From Candidatus Multivoradales bacterium (GTDB lineage: Bacteria > Acidobacteriota > Thermoanaerobaculia > Multivoradales > JAHEKO01): a stretch of 64,000 nucleotides of DNA. Below the pieces are notes generated by a model. The model saw nothing but the letters and a program-made list of their open reading frames with translations, was not told the origin of the DNA and did not search any database. Each line of letters starts with the position of its first letter. Position 1 is the stretch's first letter. The translations under genes and the position numbers were made by a program. The stretch is from positions 3,040,001-3,104,000 of the forward strand of contig CBDFIJ010000004.1 in assembly GCA_965248055.1 (NCBI GenBank). The letters are read 5' to 3'. Positions 21,518 to 32,489 of the stretch are shown here, piece by piece.

Positions 21518-22507
21518 GTGACACGACTCGATATCCCAGATTTGGCGCAAAAGGTGCGCGGCGGCGAGCGCGCGTCGCTGGCCAGAGCCATCACCCTGGT
21601 CGAGAGTAGTCGCCGCGAAGATCAGAAGCCGGCCCGCCAGTTACTGGAAGGGCTGCTGCCGGATACCGGCAAGGTGATCCGAGTCGGCATCAGCGGCGCT
21701 CCCGGAGTCGGCAAGAGCACGCTGATCGAGACCCTAGGGTTACATCTACTGGAACGAGGACACCGGCCCGCGGTGTTGGCGGTTGATCCTTCGAGCACGG
21801 TCTCCGGCGGCAGTATCTTGGGCGACAAGAGTCGCATGGATCGCTTGGCGCAGCAAAAGGATGCTTTTATCCGCCCTTCACCCAGTGCTTCGACCTTGGG
21901 TGGAGTCGCCCGGCGTACCCGAGAGGTAATGCTGCTGTGTGAGGCGGCGGGCTACGACGTGGTACTGATTGAAACCGTCGGCGTCGGGCAATCGGAGGTT
22001 GAAGTCGCCGAGATGGTGGACTTCTTTCTGCTAATGCTGCTCGCGGGCAGCGGCGATGAATTACAGGGGATCAAGAAAGGAATCTTGGAGCACGCGGATG
22101 CCTGGGTGGTCAACAAGGCCGATGGCGACAACCTGGCTGCAGCTCAAGCAACGCTGGCGGAATACCAAGCAGCGCTGGCCTACACCCCAACCGAAGGCGG
22201 CTGGAAGCCACGCGCGATGGCGATCTCCGCGCTTACCGGAGACCGAGTCGCGGACCTGTGGCAGACGGTGGTGGAGTACATCCAATTGGCCTCAGAGTCA
22301 GGTCATTTGCAGGAACATCGCGGGACGCAAAAAATTCACTGGGTTGAGCGCATGGCCCGCGAACAACTTCTGGACCGGTTTTCCAACCACCCCGAAGTTA
22401 CCGCGCTAAGAGCGCAACTGAATCGACAAGTTGAAACCGGAAAGACCTCGCCCTGGCGAGCCGCGGAGGCTTTGGTCGTTCATTTGTTGGAGGGAGGTTC
22501 GGAGTGA
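21518..22507 (+). CDS. meaB: Methylmalonyl-CoA mutase-associated GTPase
   Basis: LARAITLVES, GAPGVGKST, ETVGVGQSE and NKAD; GTG start chosen after the mutase stop. Confidence 0.95.
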   Translation: MTRLDIPDLAQKVRGGERASLARAITLVESSRREDQKPARQLLEGLLPDTGKVIRVGISGAPGVGKSTLIETLGLHLLERGHRPAVLAVDPSSTVSGGSILGDKSRMDRLAQQKDAFIRPSPSASTLGGVARRTREVMLLCEAAGYDVVLIETVGVGQSEVEVAEMVDFFLLMLLAGSGDELQGIKKGILEHADAWVVNKADGDNLAAAQATLAEYQAALAYTPTEGGWKPRAMAISALTGDRVADLWQTVVEYIQLASESGHLQEHRGTQKIHWVERMAREQLLDRFSNHPEVTALRAQLNRQVETGKTSPWRAAEALVVHLLEGGSE

Positions 22508-23523
22508 AGGCATCGAGACCGTCTGGGATGGATAGGTTACTGGGCAGCTTGTTGGTGCTGGCATCGGTCGCTACGCCGATGACGGCACAGTTGAGTTCTG
22601 AGCAAATCACCAAGGTGATCGACAAGGCTAATCAATACCTGCAGCAGGGCGAGGCGTTGAAAGCGGCCAAGAGCTTGGAGAAGGCCGCTAAGAAAGACGG
22701 TTATCGATCTGCCGATCTGTTGGTGACGTTGGGTAAGGCGCAGGCGATGACCGGGCGCTATCTAGAACTGGAGCAAACCGGGCGCGCTCTGGTCGGACGC
22801 AACGAGAGTGCGGATGTTGAAAACGCAGGTCTCAATCTGCTCGGGCTGGCGCTGACCGGACAGCAAGATCCAGACAAGATGCTCCAAGCGGTCGAGATCT
22901 ACACCGCTCTGCGGCAGCGGGTGGGAGACCAGTTTCCCGCAGTCACCTACAACTTGGCGGTGCTGTTGCTGCGGTTGGACCGGATCGATGAGGGTATGCC
23001 ATTGCTCGAGCACTATTTGGAGGTCGCTCCCAGCCACGTTTTTGCCACCCGCGCTAAGATCTTGCTGGTACGGCCTGAGCTCGCCAACGCGGCGACTCTG
23101 CCACGTTTTTCGGTACAGACGGTGGATGGTGGCCAGCTCACCGACGCTGACTTTGCCGGCAAAGTGGTGGTGATTGATTTTTGGGCTACCTGGTGCGGAC
23201 CGTGTCGCACGGCGATGCCCAAGTTGCGCGAGTTTTACGAGCTCTACCGGGAGCAGGGTTTGGAAATCGTTGGGGTCAGTGCTGACCGTACTCGACGGAG
23301 CCTGGAGATCTACTTGACGGAAGAAGAACTGCCGTGGGTGAATGTCTGGGATACCTTTGAAAATCGACTCCTAGGACCGTTTAATGTCCGTGCATATCCA
23401 ACCTATGCGGTGATCGATGCAGCAGGTTACGTTCGCCATAGTGCAAACGCTCTTGGGGGATTTGACCGAGTAGAGGAAGTGGTCAAGCAATCGCTAGCCG
23501 ACCTAGAGGCAATAAGAAACTAG
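22504..23523 (+). CDS. TPR-containing TlpA/ResA-like disulfide reductase
   Basis: Signal peptide, TPR-like helices, DFWATWCGPC and YPT. Confidence 0.85.
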   Translation: MKASRPSGMDRLLGSLLVLASVATPMTAQLSSEQITKVIDKANQYLQQGEALKAAKSLEKAAKKDGYRSADLLVTLGKAQAMTGRYLELEQTGRALVGRNESADVENAGLNLLGLALTGQQDPDKMLQAVEIYTALRQRVGDQFPAVTYNLAVLLLRLDRIDEGMPLLEHYLEVAPSHVFATRAKILLVRPELANAATLPRFSVQTVDGGQLTDADFAGKVVVIDFWATWCGPCRTAMPKLREFYELYREQGLEIVGVSADRTRRSLEIYLTEEELPWVNVWDTFENRLLGPFNVRAYPTYAVIDAAGYVRHSANALGGFDRVEEVVKQSLADLEAIRN

Positions 23524-23586
23524 AAATCGTTAAAACGGCGAGTCACTCTCGCCATCTCTGCAGAGAGAGGCCCAATCGCCTACCGC

Positions 23587-24240
23587 GTCATCCCCGTGGG
23601 GAGGGGGTTTGGTGGTCGGGGATCTACCTCATTTTGGTAACAGACCCCGGCCCCCCTCCCTCCCGGCCGCCGGGATGACGAGGTGTTTGAGCTCCCCGCC
23701 GGGGTGACAAAAAACCGGTACAGCTAGCCGAAATGGTTGGGTGTCTTTATGTAGGGGAGCCCTTCACGGGCTCCCGCGGGAGGGGGTAAACCCCTCCCCT
23801 ACGAAGAAGCCACAGTGTAGCCTGGCTTCTCATTCTCTTGGGTGGGGGAAGATCTTCGCCCGAAGAGCTCCCCCAACTAGGTCATCCCCGTGGGGAGGGG
23901 GTTTGGTGGTCGGGGATCTACCTCATTTTGGTAACAGATCCCGGCCCCCCTCCCTCCCGGCCGCCGGGATGACGAGGTGTTTGAGCTCCCCGCCGGGATG
24001 ACAAAAAACCGGTACGGCTAGCCGAAATGGTTGGGTGTCTTTATGTAGGGGAGCCCTTTACGGGCTCCCGCGGGAGGGGGTAAACCCCTCCCCTACGAAG
24101 AAGCCACAGTGTAGCCTGGCTTCTCATTCTCTTGGGTGGGGGAAGATCTTCGCCCGAAGAGCTCCCCCAACTAGGTCATTCCCGTGGGGCGGGGGTTTGG
24201 CGGTCGGGAATCTTTCTCAACCAAGCAACAGATCCCGGCT
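23587..24240. repeat. 294-bp tandem unit (2.2 copies) of nested CGTC- and GTAG-type palindromes
   Basis: GTCAT(C/T)CCCGTGGGG starts at 23587, 23881 and 24175; an inner GTAGGGGAG...CTCCCCTAC doublet lies at 23751-23802. Confidence 0.9.
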
Positions 24241-24368
24241 CCTCGTACCAGCAAAATCTTCCTATCGGGCATTCCAGACTCGTTCGCTTTGTTGTCTCAG
24301 TAAATGCGCCCGCTGAAGCTTAGCTACGCACTGAAACGCCCGGTTGTTGCTTCGGCTATGCTAAGGCA

Positions 24369-24983
24369 ATGCGAAGCCGTTTATTGACCCTCGTAGTGTT
24401 GATCCTTAGCCTAACGGCAGGTCGAATCTGGGCCGAGCCGGTGGTCGTCTTGCAGACCAACCACGGGGAAATGGTGATCCGTTTTGTCGAGTCCGGCGCG
24501 CCGCACACCGTGGCTCAGTTCAAGCGCCTCGTTGAGCAGGGGTTTTATGATGGTTTGCCCTTTTACCGGGTGGTAGAGGGGCATGTGATTCAGGCGGGGG
24601 ACGGTGGTGAGAACGAGCAACCGACGGTGGCTGGCGAGTTTGGTGCTTATCCCCACGTCACTGGGGCGGTGGGTCTGGCGCGCTCGGAAGATCCGGATAG
24701 TGGCAGTACCGAGTTTTATATCTGCGTTGCGCCGCGACCCCACCTAGACGGTCGCTACGCGGTGTTTGGCTTGGTGCAGGAGGGATACGACACCATGTTG
24801 TCGATCGCTCGTAGCGATGTGGATCAACAGTTCGTCGGCGACGAGTCGAATATCGCCTTTCACTCCCCGGTGGAGCCGGTGGTGATCGAACGGGCGTATT
24901 TGGAGGATCGAGCACTGGCTGCCCTGCAGCCGTTGGCTGTTGCCGCTTCGGTGGAAGCGGCTGGAGAGGAGGATACGGAATGA
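24369..24983 (+). CDS. Cyclophilin-type peptidyl-prolyl isomerase, exported
   Basis: AP.TV..F...GFYDGL.FYRV...IQAGD, SGSTEFYI and LDGRYAVFG. Confidence 0.9.
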   Translation: MRSRLLTLVVLILSLTAGRIWAEPVVVLQTNHGEMVIRFVESGAPHTVAQFKRLVEQGFYDGLPFYRVVEGHVIQAGDGGENEQPTVAGEFGAYPHVTGAVGLARSEDPDSGSTEFYICVAPRPHLDGRYAVFGLVQEGYDTMLSIARSDVDQQFVGDESNIAFHSPVEPVVIERAYLEDRALAALQPLAVAASVEAAGEEDTE

Positions 24984-25249
24984 CCGATTTCTTGGCCCTA
25001 CTTGCAGACTACCCAGTGATGGAAGTGATGTTTGTTTTGAGTGTCGCTTTGGTGCTGATCGACTATTTCTTCCCGGTCGACTACCCAGCTTTTCTGGGCT
25101 ACCTATGTTTTGCCATTGGGATCTTTTTTGCCGCGCCCTGGACCTGGGGCCCCAGTCTGGTGCTTGCTGCGGTGGTATGGGTGGTTCTTCTGGTGTTGCA
25201 TTGGGTGTGGTTTAGCCGGTTTTTGACCAACGCTCCCAGTCGCGCTTAG
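24980..25249 (+). CDS. Small membrane protein
   Basis: Three hydrophobic segments; ATGA overlap and GAGG RBS. Confidence 0.6.
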   Translation: MTDFLALLADYPVMEVMFVLSVALVLIDYFFPVDYPAFLGYLCFAIGIFFAAPWTWGPSLVLAAVVWVVLLVLHWVWFSRFLTNAPSRA

Positions 25250-25306
25250 TCGCGGCCTCGGCTTCCATTTCTCGCCTGTTCCAGAGCGGAGGCTGACCCT
25301 CGAAAG

Positions 25307-26743
25307 TTAGCTCGCTGGGTTGCTCGTCTGCGTCGTTGCGGGCCGACGGTTTGTGGTGACGGGTGTGGCTAGCGCTATCGCCAGCAACAACAGTGCGCTC
25401 GGCAACAGCAGAATGATCTCAGACAAGTAGCGCAGCATGGGAAACGAGGTCATGCTGACCAGGACCAGTGCTCCGGCTCCGTGAGCCAGACAGGCGACCC
25501 CCAGAGGCGTAGCTCTGGCCGCTCTCCCAGTCGCAATGTCAGGCGGTAGCGTCTTGGACTTGCCGAACCTTCGCCACCCCAGTGCAGCGAGGGTGAACAA
25601 CAGCGAGATGATCACCGTAGGCTGTCGGATAAGGCCTTCTAAACCGTAGCGTATCGCGCCCAAAATCCAACTCAGATAGCCACCGGGACGCTGTTGGATC
25701 ACCCCCACCGCGATCGATTGCAAACGCCGATCGCGTTCCACCGCGAAACTGGTGCCCCACAGGTCTTCAGCCTGGGTGACCTGACCTCGTTCGAGGTCGC
25801 GGTTCATATGCCAACTGGTCGATCGTACGCTGACCCGCCACAGGCTCCGGTTGTAGTAGGGAAACCACTCGCGCGCATCCGCCCCCCAGCGCAACTGGGG
25901 CCAATGGTTCCGATCGCGCCGTTTGAGAATCAACCGCGCTGTGGGCCGTACGTCATCCGCCAGCTGAGTGATGGCCTGCTGATCCACCAGAAAGGTGGAA
26001 ATCGCAGCCAGGTTGGTTCCGGCAAACGAAACCAGACCGAAGTGTCCGACGGTGACCAATCGCAGCGTGGCAAACAACAGCCACGGAACCACCGTGGCTA
26101 GCGCTGCAGCGGCAATCGAAGGCCAGCGCCGGCGGTTGGGGTTTCGCCAACTGAGCAGGGCGACCGCCAGCGGCACCCAGACCACCAGCCACTGGGTGGT
26201 CGGGCGCACTTGAATGGCGCTAAATACCAGTACTGCGAGAGCAGGCCATAGCCACGCTGAACGGCGCTCGGAACAAAGGGCGAAAACTGCACCGGTCGCC
26301 AGCAAGGTCAGCGACGTTGCAACACTCTCGGTCAGCAGGCTGGCGGTAAAACGTGTGGTCAAGGCAAAAGGCAGCGGCAGTGCTGCGATCAGTGCGATAT
26401 TCGGGCTAGAGGTGAAGCGGCGAACTCCGAAAAAGAAGCCGATGCAGCCCAACGAGTAGAACAGGGTGTGGAGATAGGGGACTGCAGCGTGCTGTGGCGC
26501 GAGTTGGCCAGCGATCCGAAGAAACCACGGATACCCAATCGTCCGGTAGTAGCTCAAAGAGCGGGACCAAGATCCGTCCAGCGGTGCGGTCAAGTAGCTT
26601 TCGGTGTCGGGCTCGACCACCGGTTCAAACCCACCGTGCAGTGTTCGCCAGCTCCAGGAAATCAACAGAGCGAGGATTAGCAGCGCCAGTGGGGCAGCGG
26701 CTCGCCATCGGCTCGAAGGATTCTCAGTTGGCGCGGGCGTCAT
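25307..26743 (-). CDS. Polytopic membrane protein, GT-C glycosyltransferase-like
   Basis: PDTESY...RTIGYPWFL loop after TM1, LLTES and RP motifs; ATG at 26743 overlaps the ubiA stop. Confidence 0.6.
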   Translation of the reverse strand: MTPAPTENPSSRWRAAAPLALLILALLISWSWRTLHGGFEPVVEPDTESYLTAPLDGSWSRSLSYYRTIGYPWFLRIAGQLAPQHAAVPYLHTLFYSLGCIGFFFGVRRFTSSPNIALIAALPLPFALTTRFTASLLTESVATSLTLLATGAVFALCSERRSAWLWPALAVLVFSAIQVRPTTQWLVVWVPLAVALLSWRNPNRRRWPSIAAAALATVVPWLLFATLRLVTVGHFGLVSFAGTNLAAISTFLVDQQAITQLADDVRPTARLILKRRDRNHWPQLRWGADAREWFPYYNRSLWRVSVRSTSWHMNRDLERGQVTQAEDLWGTSFAVERDRRLQSIAVGVIQQRPGGYLSWILGAIRYGLEGLIRQPTVIISLLFTLAALGWRRFGKSKTLPPDIATGRAARATPLGVACLAHGAGALVLVSMTSFPMLRYLSEIILLLPSALLLLAIALATPVTTNRRPATTQTSNPAS

Positions 26744-27720
26744 GGCACTGGAGGGAGGATGCGGATGTAGTGGGGTTCCGCCAGTCGATTCAAGATCGGT
26801 AGGTCGATCCAAGTGAGCACCACGAAACCGACCACCACAGCTGCGGCTAGTAGCACTATGTGGGATTCGCGCCACAGTTTCTCAGGAGTTTGGGTCGGCG
26901 ACTGGGGGTCGAGCCCGAGCCCTAGATAAAGAACGAACAGCAATGCCACCAAGGGGATCAGGAGCAGGTACTCGATACGGTACTTGACCAAGAAAACGGT
27001 GAGGGCGAAGGTCGAACCCAGGGCATAGAGCACGGCAACTTGCAGCAGGTGTCGTTCATTGAGCGCTGCGATCGAAGGTCGGTAGGCGACCAGGGCTTCC
27101 TCTCCCGCTTGCTGCACCACGAAACGACGTTCAGCCAGACGCTTGATGGTCATCAAGAATGCGCCTCCAGTCCAGTAGGCCAACAAAAGGCTCGACGGAG
27201 GCAGGGTCGATGGGTCGACGATTGCCCAACCCAACGCCAGCCGCAGCGGGTTGTTAAACGACTCCAAGACGACGTCGGCCAGGGCGCGGTCTTTGAGTCG
27301 GAGCGGAGGGGTGTTGTAGAGAGCCCCGGCGACTAAGAACAACACGCTCAACACCACGAAGGTGCGATTGATCGCCATCACTCCGAGCCCCAGTCCGAGC
27401 ACGACTAAGGCTGTGTAGAGGGCGAAGACGCCCGGAGAGCGCAGTTGGAATCGGACCGCTGGACGGCTGGATTTGAGCGGGTGCTGAGCATCGTGATGAC
27501 GATCCAGCCACTCGTTGAGCACATAGTTGGCGGAAGCCAGCAAGCAGACTGCCAGCACGCCGATTACCGCCCGCGTGACCCAGGGATCGTGCGAGGGAGT
27601 TAGCAGGGCCGCGAGGCCGATCCCCGGCAGCACAAAGACCTGTTTGATCCAGTGGTCTACCCGTGCCAGAGACAGATAGTGGCGCCAGTTTCCGGCGGGA
27701 CGATGGGCAGGGGAGGGCAT
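26740..27720 (-). CDS. UbiA-family prenyltransferase (decaprenyl-phosphate phosphoribosyltransferase-like)
   Basis: R.DHWIKQ, NYVLNE..D...D..HP.K..RP, YN.PP.RLKD and KR.AE. Confidence 0.85.
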   Translation of the reverse strand: MPSPAHRPAGNWRHYLSLARVDHWIKQVFVLPGIGLAALLTPSHDPWVTRAVIGVLAVCLLASANYVLNEWLDRHHDAQHPLKSSRPAVRFQLRSPGVFALYTALVVLGLGLGVMAINRTFVVLSVLFLVAGALYNTPPLRLKDRALADVVLESFNNPLRLALGWAIVDPSTLPPSSLLLAYWTGGAFLMTIKRLAERRFVVQQAGEEALVAYRPSIAALNERHLLQVAVLYALGSTFALTVFLVKYRIEYLLLIPLVALLFVLYLGLGLDPQSPTQTPEKLWRESHIVLLAAAVVVGFVVLTWIDLPILNRLAEPHYIRILPPVP

Positions 27721-27845
27721 GGTGGTCGCGGACGCAAGATGCAAACCGGAAGCCAGGATGGTAGCAAGGTTGGGCCCCAGTTGGAGCGAGTTTTCCTATC
27801 GCCAATAGAGGGAATGATCAGGCTGGCCTCGTTGGTGGCGCGGTT

Positions 27846-27979
27846 AGATCCCGGCTCCCCGCTCGTTCCGCCCGCCGGGATGACGGTAGTACTGTCACCC
27901 TGCCATCGCTATCGTCCCCCGTAGAGCCCTGGCCCAGCGTGAGGGGACTGGGGACTGAGTTCTTGGTGATCGGGGATCT
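27846..27979. repeat. CGTC-type REP pair
   Basis: AGATCCCGGC...GCCGGGATGAC followed by CGTCCCCCGTAG...CGGGGATCT. Confidence 0.7.
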
Positions 27980-28025
27980 GCTCAGCGAAGCCAACTGCCG
28001 AGCTTGGCTTAGGGGATTGATCCGG

Positions 28026-29021
28026 TTAGTCCCATTCCAGGCTGGCGCCGGTCTGGTACTCAGTGACCCGGGTCTCGAAGAAGTTCTTTTCTTTGGAGAG
28101 ATCGGTTGCCTGGGACATCCAAGGAAAGGGATTCTTGGTGTTGTACTGCTCCGGCAAGTCGATGCGTTTCAAGCGTCGGTCGGCGATGTACTCGACATAT
28201 TCGGCGAACTGCTCGGCGTTGATGCCCAGCAATCCTTGCGGGCAAGCGTCGTAGGCGTAGGCTTTTTCCAGTTCCACCGAGTGGCGAATCAAGCCCACCA
28301 ATTCGTCTTGAAAGTCTGCGGTCCAGATCTGTGGGAACTCGGTCTTGATGGTGTTGATCAGATCGCAGCCGAAGGCTAAGTGGAGACTCTCGTCGCGCAT
28401 GATGTATTCGAACTGCTCGCCGATGCCGATCATCTTGTTCTGGCGCTTGAGCGCTAGGATCATTGCAAACCCAGCGTAGAAAAAGATCCCTTCCATGATC
28501 ACGTAGTAACCGACCAGATCGTGGACAAACTTTTGGATGTTCTCGTCACCTTCGGTAACAAAGGTGGGGTCAAAAACCGACTTGGTCAAATTGACCACAA
28601 AGTCGTCCTTTTCCTTGATCGAAGGGACGGTGTTGTACATGTTGTAGATCTCGTCGGGGTCGAGCCCGAGAGTGTCACAACAGTAGATGAAGGTGTCGGT
28701 ATGAATCGCCTCTTCAAAGGCCTGACGCAACAAGTACTGGCGCGATTCGGGGTTGGTGACGTGCTGATAAACCGCGAGCACGATGTTGTTGGCGGTCAAG
28801 GACTCGGCTGTCGAGAAAAAGCCCAGATTCCACAGGATCAGACGCCGCTCTGCCTCGGACAACACGGTCGACGATTTCCACTGTTCGACGTCCTTTTGCA
28901 TCGACACTTCTTCCGGGCTCCAGTTGTTCGCCACCCCATCCTTGTAGTGCTGGCGAGCCCAGTTGTAGGTCATCGGCAGAATTTTGTTGGGATCGGTCTT
29001 GGAGTTGTTAATGATCGACAT
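28026..29021 (-). CDS. nrdB: Ribonucleotide reductase beta subunit, class Ic (Mn/Fe) signature
   Basis: FFSTAESL, EEAIHTDTF, EGIFFY, RDESLH and NFFETRV.EY. Confidence 0.92.
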   Translation of the reverse strand: MSIINNSKTDPNKILPMTYNWARQHYKDGVANNWSPEEVSMQKDVEQWKSSTVLSEAERRLILWNLGFFSTAESLTANNIVLAVYQHVTNPESRQYLLRQAFEEAIHTDTFIYCCDTLGLDPDEIYNMYNTVPSIKEKDDFVVNLTKSVFDPTFVTEGDENIQKFVHDLVGYYVIMEGIFFYAGFAMILALKRQNKMIGIGEQFEYIMRDESLHLAFGCDLINTIKTEFPQIWTADFQDELVGLIRHSVELEKAYAYDACPQGLLGINAEQFAEYVEYIADRRLKRIDLPEQYNTKNPFPWMSQATDLSKEKNFFETRVTEYQTGASLEWD

Positions 29022-29124
29022 GGAAGACTAGCTCTCTCCGGCTAACAAAAGTTGGGTTATTGACGGGCCGGTATCGGCTACGCGGTCCCCCAAAGGGTTA
29101 TTAAAATGCTGCACCCGGTTGCCC

Positions 29125-31986
<2,862 letters not shown>

Positions 31987-32111
31987 GCTCTTAATTCCTC
32001 CTCTGGGGTGCCCCTGAACCGGTGGTAGGCCCGATACTCACGCTATGGGTCGGCGGAGAACTGGTTCCCCGTTTCACCTACGGCCGGTCGGCTTCTGAGG
32101 CGGGCCGAAGG

Positions 32112-32158
32112 GTACTAGATGCAGTAGAGCTCTGTCAACGCGCCCCTATATCTTGGGG
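32112..32158. promoter_or_regulatory. Tandem NrdR boxes
   Basis: GTACTAGATGCAGTAG (32112) and CCCCTATATCTTGGGG (32143), 31 bp apart, upstream of nrdA. Confidence 0.7.
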
Positions 32159-32163
32159 TTGTC

Positions 32164-32230
32164 TGTGGAAATGCTCTGTGACTTTCTTGTGCAAAAGAAC
32201 CGCCCTGGTCAGTGGAAAACCTGTGGAAAA
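32164..32230. promoter_or_regulatory. Cluster of DnaA-box-like sites
   Basis: TGTGCAAAA (32188) and TGTGGAAAA (32222) fit TGTGNAWAA; one-mismatch copies at 32164 and 32211. Confidence 0.5.
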
Positions 32231-32489
32231 GACCGCCGTGTTAGCGTCTAAGGGGGCACTTTTGCTGGCTTTATGTCGCCCGCTCTGTGGCTGGTTGGGC
32301 TGAGGCAGGGAGTTTCACAGGCGCGCGAAAACCAACTGTTGACTGCCGGGGCGGCGCCGACTAGCGAGGGGGGTATTTGAGGCTGGCGCCCGGACTGACA
32401 TCTGGACTGGTATCCAGATTGGCATCGAGATTGGACCCCGCGTCACCGTCATAGGCAGCGCCTCAGACTGGGCGTGAGAGGATCGCGGC

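Noticed and set aside
32164-32230. Replication origin
   Set aside because: Only a few DnaA-like boxes, no AT-rich unwinding element and no dnaA/dnaN context; better explained as nrdA regulation.
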